Shown: positions 15,624 through 25,750 of the stretch, piece after piece
How positions within the stretch are numbered: position 1 is the stretch's first letter
Layout: each line of letters starts with the position of its first letter
From: Cryomorphaceae bacterium
GTDB lineage: Bacteria; Bacteroidota; Bacteroidia; Flavobacteriales; Schleiferiaceae
Length of the DNA stretch: 42,200 bases
Assembly (NCBI GenBank): GCA_038124525.1
Contig: JAYPCB010000004.1
Location: 1 to 42,200 of the forward strand
Direction: 5' to 3'
Position numbers and translations under genes: made by a program
The notes under the pieces: model-generated
What the model saw: the letters and a program-made list of their open reading frames with translations, nothing else
The model's database searches: none
Told to the model about the DNA's origin: nothing

Positions 15624-17159
15624 ATGACAACAGAAATAATCTTTGCGGTTGTTGGGCTTTTAGTAGGCTTGGGTGGAGGCTTTGTCCTCTGGCAAAACGC
15701 GATGAAAAAGAAAAGCGCGTTGATGCTGTCCGAAGCTGCGAAAGAAGCTGAGCAAATCAAAAAAGACCGCATCCTAGAGGCTAAGGAGAAATTCCTGAAC
15801 CTCAAAGAAGAACACGAGCGCGCGGTGCAAAAGCGCGATCAAAAATTGGCCGAACGTCAAAATTCTTTCCGCGAGAAAGACGAGCGTCTCCGCCAAAGCA
15901 TCCAAGACTACAAGCGCGACGAACGCAACCTACAGAAGGAAAAGGATACGCTAGTGAAAAAGCGTGAAGCGCTTGAGGCCAAGACCAAGGAAGTAGAGAA
16001 ATTGCGCGACAAGCAAATCGCACAGCTCGAAGCCTTGACCGGCTTGACAGAAGAAGAGGCGAAGGGGCAGATGATCCAGACCTTAAAAGACAAGGCGAAG
16101 CTCGACGCTCAGGCCTACATCCAAACTACCCTTGAAGAAGCCAAATTAACCGCTTCTCAAGAAGCTAAAAAGGTGGTCATCCAGAGCATTCAGCGTGTGG
16201 CTACAGAAAATGCGATTGAGAACGCGGTATCGGTATTCAATATTGAAAACGACGATATTAAAGGGAAAATCATTGGTCGTGAAGGGCGTAATATTCGCGC
16301 CATTGAGGCAGCTACGGGAGTGGAAATCATCGTGGATGATACTCCAGAAGCGATTTTGTTGAGCTGTTTCGATCCGGTGCGCCGTGAGGTAGCTCGTTTG
16401 TCTATGCACAAGCTCGTGAGCGACGGTCGTATCCACCCGGCACGTATTGAAGAGGTGGTGGCGAAAACCACTCGTCAGATCGAGGAAGAAATCATACAGA
16501 TCGGTAAGCGTACTGCTATTGATTTGGGCATTCACGGGTTGCACCCAGAACTCATAAAGACGGTGGGTCGCATGAAGTACCGCTCATCTTACGGACAGAA
16601 CTTGTTGCAGCACAGCCGCGAGGTAGCCAACCTTTGTGCCATCATGGCTTCAGAATTAGGCTTGAATCCTAAGCTGGCCAAGCGTGCCGGACTCTTGCAC
16701 GATATCGGTAAGGTGCCGCACGAAGAAACCGACCTACCGCACGCGATCCTTGGGATGCAGTGGGCAGAGAAGTACGGTGAGAAGCCAGAGGTATGTAATG
16801 CCATTGGTGCGCACCACGACGAGATTGAAATGACTTCGTTGATTTCTCCTATTGTCCAAGTATGTGATGCCATCTCTGGTGCGCGTCCAGGTGCCCGTCG
16901 TATGGTGGCGGACAGTTACATCCAACGTTTGAAAGATTTGGAAAACGTTGCCTATGACTTTGATGGAGTGACCAAGGCATATGCCATCCAGGCGGGTCGT
17001 GAGCTTCGCGTGATGGTGGAGAGCGAGAAGGTGACCGATGCCATGGCAAGTCAGATCTCGTACGACATCTCTCAAAAGATCCAAAACGAAATGACCTACC
17101 CTGGTCAGGTAAAAGTTACCGTGATTCGCGAGCTGCGTTCAGTGAACGTGGCGAAGTAA
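15624..17159 (+). CDS. rny: Ribonuclease Y
   Basis: Has an N-terminal TM helix, a Lys/Glu-rich coiled coil, a KH motif ([15 protein letters not shown]) and an HD domain (HSREVA...LLHDIGK). Confidence 0.95.
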   Translation: MTTEIIFAVVGLLVGLGGGFVLWQNAMKKKSALMLSEAAKEAEQIKKDRILEAKEKFLNLKEEHERAVQKRDQKLAERQNSFREKDERLRQSIQDYKRDERNLQKEKDTLVKKREALEAKTKEVEKLRDKQIAQLEALTGLTEEEAKGQMIQTLKDKAKLDAQAYIQTTLEEAKLTASQEAKKVVIQSIQRVATENAIENAVSVFNIENDDIKGKIIGREGRNIRAIEAATGVEIIVDDTPEAILLSCFDPVRREVARLSMHKLVSDGRIHPARIEEVVAKTTRQIEEEIIQIGKRTAIDLGIHGLHPELIKTVGRMKYRSSYGQNLLQHSREVANLCAIMASELGLNPKLAKRAGLLHDIGKVPHEETDLPHAILGMQWAEKYGEKPEVCNAIGAHHDEIEMTSLISPIVQVCDAISGARPGARRMVADSYIQRLKDLENVAYDFDGVTKAYAIQAGRELRVMVESEKVTDAMASQISYDISQKIQNEMTYPGQVKVTVIRELRSVNVAK

Positions 17160-17183
17160 GATTGCGAGTATATAAACAGGAAA

Positions 17184-17209
17184 ACGCCCCGCTTGGGGCG
17201 TTTTTTTTT
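17184..17209 (+). terminator. Intrinsic terminator of rny
   Basis: ACGCCCC-gctt-GGGGCGT followed by T9. Confidence 0.8.
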
Positions 17210-17394
17210 GTGCCTTACTAGGAGGTGTAGATGAGTATTTGTCTTTAATGTTTCAAAAATGAATCGTTTAAGAGGTTTTGTTATTTGATTCCTGTTGGTT
17301 TTTACTTTAAATGGCATTATATCGAGAATTTTTGATAACAGCACCATTGCGAAGTGTTTGGACATTGCCAATGTTAATCAAACACAAATTCAAG

Positions 17395-17937
17395 ATGAAA
17401 AAGATTATTGCATTATTCGTTTTTGTAGCCATTGGGACTACAGTAAAAGCACAGAGCTTCGAATTGAAAACAAACCCCTTTGGAATGGCATTAGGCGCTT
17501 ACAATATTACAGGAGAGTATATTTTGCCGGAGTTTGAGAATCGCACGGTACTATTCAGTGCTTGGTACAACGCAGAAGATTTTCAAGAATTCATGTGGAC
17601 TGATCGCGATGGAGGTGTTTCTTTAGGGTATCGACAATACTTTAATAGATCAGAAGACAATGGGATATTCTTAGGGTTGACTTCTCGTTACATACTCAAT
17701 TCTTATTATTCCTCGGGTTATTACGATGAGAATTGGAACTGGGTAAATACTCCAGGATCCAATAAAAGTGACGATTATTTATCCCTTGGCTTTGTAGGAG
17801 GGTATAAGTATGTATACAACGATAAAATTAGTATCGAAACCTTCATTGGAATGGGCCGTATAGTCTACGAACAAATTGAAGATTCCTGGGCTCCTGCCGA
17901 ATTCATAGGCGGTTTAAACTTTGGGTATAGATTCTAA
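17395..17937 (+). CDS. Small outer-membrane beta-barrel-like protein in an AT-rich islet
   Basis: Has the signal peptide MKKIIALFVFVAIGTTVKAQ, alternating aromatic/Gly strands, and a C-terminal GYRF. GC is 21/60 in a hand count at its 5' end. Confidence 0.6.
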   Translation: MKKIIALFVFVAIGTTVKAQSFELKTNPFGMALGAYNITGEYILPEFENRTVLFSAWYNAEDFQEFMWTDRDGGVSLGYRQYFNRSEDNGIFLGLTSRYILNSYYSSGYYDENWNWVNTPGSNKSDDYLSLGFVGGYKYVYNDKISIETFIGMGRIVYEQIEDSWAPAEFIGGLNFGYRF

Positions 17938-17960
17938 GCAGAACTTAGGTTTATTGGTTG

Positions 17961-17995
17961 TCCCGGCATTGCAATAGTGATGTCGGGATTTTTTT
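17961..17995 (+). terminator. Hairpin plus T7 after the OMP gene
   Basis: TCCCGGCA (17961-17968) pairs with TGTCGGGA (17981-17988), followed by TTTTTTT. Confidence 0.6.
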
Positions 17996-17999
17996 GTCT

Positions 18000-18845
18000 T
18001 TAAGCGTCCAATTCCGCCGCCCAAGCCATGACCTTTTCAATCAACGACTCCACCGCGCTGGCCGGATCGTCATGAAAAGTGCCCAGGCTGCGATTGGCGA
18101 GCAAGGCCGAGAAGCTGTAGGCGTCATGGCCCAAGAGGTGTGCCAAGGCGTAGATGCCGGCGGTCTCCATCTCAAAGTTGGTGATGTGGGTGCCCGCTAC
18201 GCTTTGGGTGTAGAGGCTGTCCATGGCCTGGGTGAATACGCTCGTGGAGCGAATGGTGCGTCCCTGTGGGGCGTAGAAGCCAGGAAGGGTAGCTGTGATA
18301 CCGGTTTGGACGTTGGGTATAGAAGATAATTGGTCCCCGCTAAACGTCGCTGGTATAAAAAAGGGCGCAAAAGGGGCTCCTTCAATGGCCACGGTTTGGA
18401 AGTCGTGCTTATAGAATGGCAAGAGGCCGTCAAAACTTAGGGCTCCAGTGCTGCAAAGGTGGGTGCCTAAGGGCAGGTTAGGGTCAATGGCCCCAGAAGT
18501 ACCGATGCGAATAATGGTCAATTTCCTGAACGATGGGCGGTCTTCTCGTGTTACAGGGTCGATGTTTACCGCAGCATCAATCTCATTCATAACGATATCA
18601 ATGTTGTCCGTGCCCATGCCGGTGGAGAGGACGAGAACCTCTTGGCCCTTCAAGGTGCCGCGAACGATGTTGAATTCTCGGCGGATTTTGGTCCAATGGA
18701 TTTGGTCGAAATGGGCAGTGATGCTAGAAACGCGGTCTGGATCACCTACGGTAAAAACGAGGTTGGGGATATCTTCACCACGAAGGCCGAGGTGGTACAC
18801 ACTGCCGTCGGGATTTAGAATGAGTTCAGACGCGGAATAGGACAT
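18000..18845 (-). CDS. Nucleoside phosphorylase (PNP/UDP family 1)
   Basis: Has SELILNPDGSVYHLGL, IRIGTSGA and FEMETAG motifs. I place the start at MSYSASE; the ORF extends to 18869. Confidence 0.8.
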   Translation of the reverse strand: MSYSASELILNPDGSVYHLGLRGEDIPNLVFTVGDPDRVSSITAHFDQIHWTKIRREFNIVRGTLKGQEVLVLSTGMGTDNIDIVMNEIDAAVNIDPVTREDRPSFRKLTIIRIGTSGAIDPNLPLGTHLCSTGALSFDGLLPFYKHDFQTVAIEGAPFAPFFIPATFSGDQLSSIPNVQTGITATLPGFYAPQGRTIRSTSVFTQAMDSLYTQSVAGTHITNFEMETAGIYALAHLLGHDAYSFSALLANRSLGTFHDDPASAVESLIEKVMAWAAELDA

Positions 18846-18880
18846 CGTATAGTAAGTTTGTTCCCTCAAAAGTAAAGGAA

Positions 18881-20125
18881 GTGAAAGCAGAGATTATCAC
18901 CATAGGCGATGAAATTTTAATTGGGCAGATCGTAGATACCAATAGTGCTTGGCTGGGACAGGTGCTCGGTGAGGAAGGTATTGAGGTCACGCGCATCAAT
19001 AGTATTTCAGATACGCCTGAGGCGATCATTGGGGCCATTGAGGGTCTATATCCTGAAACTCAACTCGTCCTGATGACAGGCGGGCTGGGACCTACAAAGG
19101 ATGATTTGACCAAGCAAACCTTGGCGCAATACTTCGGCAGTGAGATGGTTTTTCGCGAAGATGTATGGGACCATATTGTAGAGCTGTTCAAAGGCTTTGG
19201 CCGTACGCCGGTGGAGCGCAACAAACAACAAGCCTTGGTTCCAGAGGTGTGTGAGGTGATCTTTAACCACAAGGGCACGGCGCCGGGGATGTTATTCCGC
19301 CACGAAGGCCGCCGTATTATAAGCATGCCAGGTGTGCCTTACGAGATGAAGCACATCGTACAAGATGGACTGCTGCCTTTGCTTCGAGATGAGATTGATT
19401 ACCAAATCATTCACCATACGTTATTTGTGGTGGGGGTGCCGGAAAGTGTCTTGGCGGATCGCATTGAACCTTTGGAAGGGGAGTTTGCGCCCAGCATAAA
19501 ATTGGCCTACCTGCCTAAACCAGGATTGGTGCGTCTGCGCCTGACCGCCCGCGGAAAGCGCAACGACGATTTGAAAAGCGACATCCAACGCGCCGTGCAA
19601 ACCTTGCGCAAAGCGGTGGGAGATGACCTGATGGACGGCTCGAACAAGGCCATTGAGGAATATTTGGGCGAGGTGTTGACCAAGCGTGGCCTTACCGTAG
19701 GAGCGGCAGAAAGCTGCACCGGTGGGGGCATAGGCGCTGCTCTGGTCAGTGTGGCGGGATCTTCCGCGTATTTCCAAGGCAGCATCGTGGCCTACAGCTA
19801 CGATATTAAGGAAACCATGCTCGGTGTGGATCACAATACTATTGTGACCAAGGGAGCGGTGAGTGAAGAGGTCGTTCGACAGATGGCGGAGGGTGCGCGC
19901 CAAAGATTAAATGTAGATTTTGCGGTAGCAGTTAGTGGTATTGCCGGACCAGGGGGTGGAACACCGGACAAACCGGTGGGCACAAGCTGGATTGCAATTG
20001 CCGGTCCAACCCGCACTATTGCTGAGAAATTCACCTTCGGTAAGGTCCGTGAACGCAACATTCAAAAAACTATTTTTGCAGCCCTTAATAACTTGCTTAA
20101 AGAAGTTGAAGATTACAGCGCTTAA
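18881..20125 (+). CDS. cinA: CinA family protein (MoCF-like N-domain plus nicotinamide-nucleotide amidohydrolase PncC domain)
   Basis: Has KAEIITIGDEILIGQIVDTNS and TGGLGPTKDD, and AESCTGG in the C-terminal domain. It uses a GTG start. Confidence 0.9.
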   Translation: MKAEIITIGDEILIGQIVDTNSAWLGQVLGEEGIEVTRINSISDTPEAIIGAIEGLYPETQLVLMTGGLGPTKDDLTKQTLAQYFGSEMVFREDVWDHIVELFKGFGRTPVERNKQQALVPEVCEVIFNHKGTAPGMLFRHEGRRIISMPGVPYEMKHIVQDGLLPLLRDEIDYQIIHHTLFVVGVPESVLADRIEPLEGEFAPSIKLAYLPKPGLVRLRLTARGKRNDDLKSDIQRAVQTLRKAVGDDLMDGSNKAIEEYLGEVLTKRGLTVGAAESCTGGGIGAALVSVAGSSAYFQGSIVAYSYDIKETMLGVDHNTIVTKGAVSEEVVRQMAEGARQRLNVDFAVAVSGIAGPGGGTPDKPVGTSWIAIAGPTRTIAEKFTFGKVRERNIQKTIFAALNNLLKEVEDYSA

Positions 20126-20152
20126 TTAGTTGGTCAATAATATTTATTGCCT

Positions 20153-20160
20153 TAATTTTG
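20153..20160 (+). promoter_or_regulatory. -7 box (TAatTTTG) upstream of rpmB
   Basis: Exact motif 37 nt upstream of the ATG at 20198. Confidence 0.4.
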
Positions 20161-20197
20161 CAAACCATTTTGGTACAACCCATAAGATTATAAGATT

Positions 20198-20437
20198 ATG
20201 TCACGTGTTTGTGATTTGACAGGTAAGAAGGCAATGACCGGAAACCACGTATCTTTCTCGAATAAGAAGAACAAGCGCAAGTTCAACGCGAACTTGTTCA
20301 CTAAGAAGTTCTACATCCCTGAGGAAGACCGTTGGGTAACGTTGAAAGTTGCTGCTTCGACTTTGAAAACGATCAATAAAAAAGGAATCTCTGCTGTGCT
20401 TAAAGAAGCTGAAGCAAAAGGATTCGTTGTAAAATAA
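20198..20437 (+). CDS. rpmB: 50S ribosomal protein L28
   Basis: MSRVCDLTGKKAMTGNHVSFSNKKNKRKFNANL. Confidence 0.95.
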   Translation: MSRVCDLTGKKAMTGNHVSFSNKKNKRKFNANLFTKKFYIPEEDRWVTLKVAASTLKTINKKGISAVLKEAEAKGFVVK

Positions 20438-20445
20438 TTTAGGAC

Positions 20446-20628
20446 ATGGCGAAGAAAGGTAACCGCGTTCAAGTAATCCTAGAGTGTACCGAGCACAAAG
20501 AGTCAGGTATGCCAGGTACTTCTCGTTATATCACAACTAAGAACAAGAAAAATACGCCAGACCGTATGGAGTTGAAGAAATACAACCCCATCTTGAAGCG
20601 TATGACTGTTCACAAAGAGATTAAGTAA
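20446..20628 (+). CDS. rpmG: 50S ribosomal protein L33
   Basis: [18 protein letters not shown]...[21 protein letters not shown]. Confidence 0.95.
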   Translation: MAKKGNRVQVILECTEHKESGMPGTSRYITTKNKKNTPDRMELKKYNPILKRMTVHKEIK

Positions 20629-20629
20629 G

Positions 20630-20776
20630 ATGGCAAAGAAAGTAGTAGCAACGCTTAAGAGCGCAGATGCAAAGCAGTTCACTAAGGTGATCAAAGCTGT
20701 TAAGACTCCTAAAGGATCATACTCTTTCGAAGAGCGTGTTGTGTCTAAGGACATGGCGAACGACTTCTTGAAATAA
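20630..20776 (+). CDS. 48-aa DUF4295-like small protein (below the ORF-track cutoff)
   Basis: Hand translation gives MAKKVVATLKSADAKQFTKVIKAVKTPKGSYSFEERVVSKDMANDFLK. It starts 2 nt after the rpmG stop, which is the conserved Bacteroidota position after L33. Confidence 0.7.
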   Translation: MAKKVVATLKSADAKQFTKVIKAVKTPKGSYSFEERVVSKDMANDFLK

Positions 20777-20802
20777 GATTCCGTCTTAATACCGATATTT
20801 GA

Positions 20803-20827
20803 ACCACTCCCCGGAGTGGTTTTTTTA
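20803..20827 (+). terminator. Intrinsic terminator of the rpmB-rpmG unit
   Basis: CCACTCC-ccg-GAGTGG followed by T7. Confidence 0.75.
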
Positions 20828-20845
20828 TATCTAACCCATTGAACA

Positions 20846-21799
20846 ATGAGCTTCTTTTCAAAATTCTTCACGAGAGACAAGAAAGAGACCTTAGATCAAG
20901 GCCTTGAGAAGACACGTAGTAGCGTCTTTGAAAAGATTACTCGCGCCGTAGCCGGTAAAAGCACGGTGGACGACGATGTGCTCGACGAGATCGAAGAGGC
21001 ATTGATCACTTCAGATGTGGGTTTGGATACGACCGTAAAAATCATTGAAGCCCTCGAGGAGCGCGTTGCCCGTGATAAGGTGATGGGCGAGAACGAGCTC
21101 ATGGACATGCTGTACGAGATCATCTCAAACTTGATGAAACACGAGGGCGGCATGTGGGAAGATTTCGAACTTCCTAAAACTGAAGGCCCTTATGTACTGA
21201 TGGTGGTAGGGGTGAACGGTGTAGGTAAGACAACGACCATAGGAAAATTGGCCCACCAGTTTAAACTGAAGGGCTACAACCTCGTCTTGGGTGCAGCCGA
21301 TACCTTCCGTGCGGCGGCTATTGACCAGTTAGTGGTTTGGGGCGAGCGCACAGGCGTGCCCGTAGTCAAGCAGCAGATGGGCTCGGATCCGGCGTCTGTG
21401 GCATTCGATACATTGCAACATGCCGTGAGTAAGGGTGCAGACCTTGCCATTATTGATACAGCGGGTCGATTGCACAATAAAACCAACCTTATGCTGGAGC
21501 TGTCGAAAGTGCGACGCGTGATGGACAAGGTCATTCCTGGAGCACCGCATGAAGTACTTCTGGTACTCGATGGATCTACGGGACAGAACGCATTATTGCA
21601 AGCCAAGGCCTTTGCCGAGGCAACTCAGATCACCTCTTTGGCCGTGACTAAGCTCGACGGTACAGCAAAAGGAGGGGTGGTCATCGGCATTTCAGATCAG
21701 CTGAACATTCCCGTGAAATTCATCGGTGTCGGTGAGGGAATGGAAGATCTACAACTATTTAATCCACAGGCATTTGCCTCAAGCTTATTCAATAAGTAA
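20846..21799 (+). CDS. ftsY: Signal recognition particle receptor FtsY
   Basis: Has GVNGVGKTTTIGKLA, DTAGR and TKLDGTAKGG. Confidence 0.95.
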   Translation: MSFFSKFFTRDKKETLDQGLEKTRSSVFEKITRAVAGKSTVDDDVLDEIEEALITSDVGLDTTVKIIEALEERVARDKVMGENELMDMLYEIISNLMKHEGGMWEDFELPKTEGPYVLMVVGVNGVGKTTTIGKLAHQFKLKGYNLVLGAADTFRAAAIDQLVVWGERTGVPVVKQQMGSDPASVAFDTLQHAVSKGADLAIIDTAGRLHNKTNLMLELSKVRRVMDKVIPGAPHEVLLVLDGSTGQNALLQAKAFAEATQITSLAVTKLDGTAKGGVVIGISDQLNIPVKFIGVGEGMEDLQLFNPQAFASSLFNK

Positions 21800-21802
21800 T
21801 CC

Positions 21803-23116
21803 ATGCGCACGAAAAGCCCTAAAAAGAACAAGATCAATGTGGTGACCTTGGGGTGTTCTAAGAACATCTATGATTCAGAGGTATTGATGGGACAACTCAA
21901 AGCCAACGGCAAAGAAGTCACCCATGAAGCTCCGGAAGAAGAGGAAGGCAACATAGTGGTGATCAACACCTGTGGCTTTATTGATAATGCAAAGCAGGAG
22001 AGCATTGATACCATCTTACACTACGCCGATAAGAAGGAGCGTGGCTTGGTGGATCACGTGTACGTGACAGGGTGTTTGTCAGAGCGCTACAAGCCGGATC
22101 TAGAGCAAGAGATTCCGGATGTGGATGCCTATTTCGGGACTCGCGATATGCCGTTGTTGTTGAAGACCTTAGGGGCGGATTACAAACACGAATTGGTGGG
22201 GGAACGCATGACGACGACGCCCAAGCACTTTGCGTATTTGAAAATTGCAGAGGGTTGCGACCGTCCTTGTAGTTTCTGTGCTATTCCATTGATGCGCGGT
22301 GGACATAAGTCGACGCCGATCGAGGATTTGGTCACTGAGGCTGAGAAATTAGCAGCGAAAGGCGTGAAAGAATTGATCTTGATCGCGCAGGATTTGACCT
22401 ACTATGGTTTAGACCTATATAAAGAGCGCAAGCTGGCGGATTTGCTGCGTGCCTTGGTGAAAGTCGAGGGCATTGAGTGGATCAGATTGCACTATTTGTT
22501 CCCTTCAGGATTCCCTGAGGATGTTCTAGATGTCATTCGCGAGGAGCCGAAGGTGTGTCATTACATCGATATTCCACTGCAGCACATCGCCGATCCGGTA
22601 TTAAAGAGCATGCGCCGCGGCACCACAAAGGCGAAGACCGATGCTTTGTTGGCCAAGATGCGTGAAAAAGTGCCGGGCATTACCATTCGTACGACATTGA
22701 TTGCGGGTTACCCCGGTGAGACGGAAGAAGACCACCAAGTGGTGTTGGACTGGGTTCGTGAGCAGCGCTTCGACCGTTTGGGCGTCTTTGCCTACAGTCA
22801 TGAGGAAAACACGCACGCCTATTCTTTGGAGGACGATGTGCCTGCTGAGGTAAAGCAACAGCGTGTGGACGAGATCATGGCCGTTCAGATGGACATTTCG
22901 CGTGCGTTGAACCAAGAAAAAATTGGACACACCTACAAAGTACTCATCGACCGCAAGGAGGGAGGCTATTTCATCGGGCGCACGGAATTTGATAGCCCAG
23001 ATGTGGACAACGAAGTCTTGATCCCAGCGGAAGATATCTACCTGAAAATCGGGGATTTCTTCGAAGTAGAAGTCGTTGATGCGCACGATTACGACCTCAT
23101 CGGTCGCGTGCTGTAG
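21803..23116 (+). CDS. rimO: Ribosomal protein S12 methylthiotransferase RimO
   Basis: Has LGCSKN and NTCGF in the UPF0004 region, the radical-SAM motif CDRPCSFCAIP, and a C-terminal TRAM domain. Confidence 0.95.
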   Translation: MRTKSPKKNKINVVTLGCSKNIYDSEVLMGQLKANGKEVTHEAPEEEEGNIVVINTCGFIDNAKQESIDTILHYADKKERGLVDHVYVTGCLSERYKPDLEQEIPDVDAYFGTRDMPLLLKTLGADYKHELVGERMTTTPKHFAYLKIAEGCDRPCSFCAIPLMRGGHKSTPIEDLVTEAEKLAAKGVKELILIAQDLTYYGLDLYKERKLADLLRALVKVEGIEWIRLHYLFPSGFPEDVLDVIREEPKVCHYIDIPLQHIADPVLKSMRRGTTKAKTDALLAKMREKVPGITIRTTLIAGYPGETEEDHQVVLDWVREQRFDRLGVFAYSHEENTHAYSLEDDVPAEVKQQRVDEIMAVQMDISRALNQEKIGHTYKVLIDRKEGGYFIGRTEFDSPDVDNEVLIPAEDIYLKIGDFFEVEVVDAHDYDLIGRVL

Positions 23117-23177
23117 CGCACGATCGACGAAACTTTGAGAGTTTTTAACTTCCGGTTGTGAATAGTTCATCAATTCC

Positions 23178-23206
23178 AGGCACTTTTAGGTGATAAAAGC
23201 CTTTTT
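23178..23206 (+). terminator. Weak bulged hairpin plus T-run after rimO
   Basis: AGGC(ac)TTTTA pairs with TAAAAGCCT, followed by TTTT. Confidence 0.35.
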
Positions 23207-23214
23207 GGAAGCGT

Positions 23215-23222
23215 TATCTTTG
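23215..23222 (+). promoter_or_regulatory. -7 box (TAtcTTTG) for the LysM/SGNH/MBOAT operon
   Basis: Exact motif 8 nt upstream of the ATG at 23231. Confidence 0.4.
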
Positions 23223-23230
23223 GAAGAACG

Positions 23231-24238
23231 ATGACGAAATTCACTCAAATATCAATGCTTTTTTTCCTGCTTTTTTTTGCAGGCAGCACTTCTGTATCTG
23301 CCATTACGGCTGATACATTAAGAGATATTCATTGGGAGTTGGAGGGAGAGTCTGGTGCTTTTTCGCCGGCCGGTTGGGCGAGCGAGGAGGTCTTGGCCTT
23401 GACGCGAGTTCAAGCCGTGAGAATGGGCCTAAAAATCAATGAATTTGTCGACGAACGTTTTGATCCGGTCAAAGGTAAGTGTGCTGCATTGCGTTTTTGT
23501 AATAAAGAAATTCTGCTTGAAACAGCAGAGTCGTTCCAATACGAAGGCGGTCATTTATTACTGGAGGATCTTGCCGATGAGGCGGGAATACCTCTACGAT
23601 CCATTGAAGAAGCTAACCCGCATTTACGTAGAGATATTTTACCAGCAGGGGCAGCCCTATACGCAATTGCATTGGCGATGGACGAATCGAAACTATCCAC
23701 TATGAGTGCCTCGCAATCAAAGTATCAAGAAAACTTGGAAGCCCAATACGAGCAAAGGCAAAATCTAGTTTTATCGTTTATGCCTGATCCTAATACCCAT
23801 AGGATGATTACTTATACCGTTCGTTCTGGGGATTATCTTGGAAAGATTAGCGCCAATACCGGTGCGATATTGGATGATATTCACAAATGGAATCGCATCA
23901 GTGGAAATACAATCTACGTTGGGCAAAAACTTATCATATGGGTGCCAAAGAGCTCTACCTACGAACAGTCTGAAGCCGAAGTTGCGGAACATTCACCAAA
24001 GAAAGCGAGTAAGGCAGTGGCCGAAGCGGTGCCTTCTAATGAGGCCTCCTATATAACCTATGAGGTTAAGCCAGGTGACACACTTTGGGATATTGCTAAA
24101 AAGTTTCCAGGTGTAAGTGCTGATAATATTAAAACCTGGAACAAGGTCGACGAGCTAATCAAGGCCGGTGAAAAGTTGCGCATCCAAACCCAAACCATAT
24201 CGGATTATTCACCAGATAAATACCCTAGCACGTTGTAG
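23231..24238 (+). CDS. LysM-domain protein with a degenerate MltD/SLT-like N-terminal region
   Basis: Has two LysM repeats (YTVRSGDYLGKISANTG...VGQKLIIWVP and YEVKPGDTLWDIAKKFPG...AGEKLRI). The N-terminal GESGAF...GLKINEFVDERFDP resembles an MltD SLT core but lacks a recognisable GLMQ/AYNxG. Confidence 0.75.
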   Translation: MTKFTQISMLFFLLFFAGSTSVSAITADTLRDIHWELEGESGAFSPAGWASEEVLALTRVQAVRMGLKINEFVDERFDPVKGKCAALRFCNKEILLETAESFQYEGGHLLLEDLADEAGIPLRSIEEANPHLRRDILPAGAALYAIALAMDESKLSTMSASQSKYQENLEAQYEQRQNLVLSFMPDPNTHRMITYTVRSGDYLGKISANTGAILDDIHKWNRISGNTIYVGQKLIIWVPKSSTYEQSEAEVAEHSPKKASKAVAEAVPSNEASYITYEVKPGDTLWDIAKKFPGVSADNIKTWNKVDELIKAGEKLRIQTQTISDYSPDKYPSTL

Positions 24239-24241
24239 GGT

Positions 24242-25750
24242 ATGCAGAAACCGGTTCACATTTTTCTTTTTCTCGTGGCATTGGGCTTGGTCATTACCGG
24301 GCTGAGTTTCCTATCGCCGAAGGATAAGGTCAAGTTGAGTGAGTTTGAATTGGGCTTTTACCAGCCGCAAGACCTGTTGGGCCCGTTTTGGAGCCCGGGT
24401 GAAGGCGTGCTCGAGGATACAGTGGCATGGACCGTGGATTCTTTGGATTTAGATACTCTCCCGGCGGAAGTAGTGGAGGTCGTCAAGGAAATGCCTGTGC
24501 TGGACACTACGTTGCAGATGGGGCAGTGGAATGCTTTGGCGCCTTTTTTTGAAGCCTTGGCGAGCTTGAAGAGTGATGAGCGCCATACCGTTCGCATCAT
24601 TCATTACGGCGATAGCCAGCTCGAAGGGGATCGCATTACCATGCAACTCAGAAACAGCTTGCAAAAGAACTATGGCGGACGTGGCTTTGGATATGTGGCG
24701 CTGGAGCCTCTGGTGGCGCCCGCATCTTTAGATTTTGTAAATGCCGAAGGATTTGTGAGGAAAACGGCCTTTGGTCGACGCGATACTGCCATCAAGGATA
24801 TGGCCTACGGGCATTTGGCATCGTTCACGATGTTGGCACCGAACGCGACGGAAACAGGATATGCAGGTCAGGTGACCTTTAGTAAGCGCAACTGGGGATA
24901 TACCTTGGCGCGCGATTTTACTCGGGTCCGCTTGAGCTTGCGTACTACGGCCTTTGTCATTGCCCAAATCTATGTAGCAGATACCGTATTTTCCACGCGC
25001 GCTTTCCCGGAGTTTTATGAAGGAGCCTTGGCCCTTGATATTCCGGAGGATGGCGAGTTTACCCTGGCCCTACAATCTGATGAAAGTCCAAGAATTTTCG
25101 GCATCAGTTTCGAGAGTCCTACTGGGGTGCATGTGGACAATGTAGCCATGCGCGGTGCCTCGGGGATGGTCTTTAGTAAATTGGATGCGGACCAATTCAA
25201 ATCGTACCTCGAGCGCGAATCCTACGCTTTGATCATCCTCCAATATGGCGGGAATGCCGTACCCTATTTGAAAGACGAAGCCCATGCCAAGCGGTTTGCC
25301 CGTTCGGCCGCGCGTCAGATCAACCACATCAAATCCCTCTATCCAAATGCCGCCATCATCTACGTGGGGCCGTCGGATATGGCACGTAAGAATGGCTTGA
25401 AGATGGAAAGCTATCCGCTCATTCAGCCCTTCAAGCAGGCCTTGCGTACAGAAGTGCTGGCGCGGGGAGCGGTGTACTGGGACCTCTATGATGTTATGGG
25501 CGGGGAAGGTTCTATGGTTCGTTGGGTAGATCAGGAGCCGGCATTTGCCGTGAAAGATTACATTCACTTTACGCCAAAGGGCGCGCAGTGGGTAGGCAAT
25601 AGGTTAGGAGAGATGGTCGAACTGGCCCAGGAGAATTACCGTGCAGAAAAACAGCGTTTGGTAGAGGAAGCCGAGCGTCGTAAGGATTCTATTCGTGCAT
25701 ATAATGCCTCGCCCGTTGATACGGCGGCACAAGATTCTATTGCCCCATGA
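24242..25750 (+). CDS. SGNH/GDSL hydrolase-type esterase or acyltransferase, N-terminally membrane anchored
   Basis: Has the TM segment IFLFLVALGLVITGLSFL, block I HYGDSQLEGD, block II QYGGN, and block V DYIHFT. Confidence 0.75.
   Translation: MQKPVHIFLFLVALGLVITGLSFLSPKDKVKLSEFELGFYQPQDLLGPFWSPGEGVLEDTVAWTVDSLDLDTLPAEVVEVVKEMPVLDTTLQMGQWNALAPFFEALASLKSDERHTVRIIHYGDSQLEGDRITMQLRNSLQKNYGGRGFGYVALEPLVAPASLDFVNAEGFVRKTAFGRRDTAIKDMAYGHLASFTMLAPNATETGYAGQVTFSKRNWGYTLARDFTRVRLSLRTTAFVIAQIYVADTVFSTRAFPEFYEGALALDIPEDGEFTLALQSDESPRIFGISFESPTGVHVDNVAMRGASGMVFSKLDADQFKSYLERESYALIILQYGGNAVPYLKDEAHAKRFARSAARQINHIKSLYPNAAIIYVGPSDMARKNGLKMESYPLIQPFKQALRTEVLARGAVYWDLYDVMGGEGSMVRWVDQEPAFAVKDYIHFTPKGAQWVGNRLGEMVELAQENYRAEKQRLVEEAERRKDSIRAYNASPVDTAAQDSIAP

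Noticed and set aside
20182-20197. Tandem 8-mer ATAAGATT-ATAAGATT directly before the rpmB ATG
   Set aside because: The repeat is real in the sequence, but it is only two copies of a short AT-rich word. That is too little to argue for a regulatory element without comparative data.
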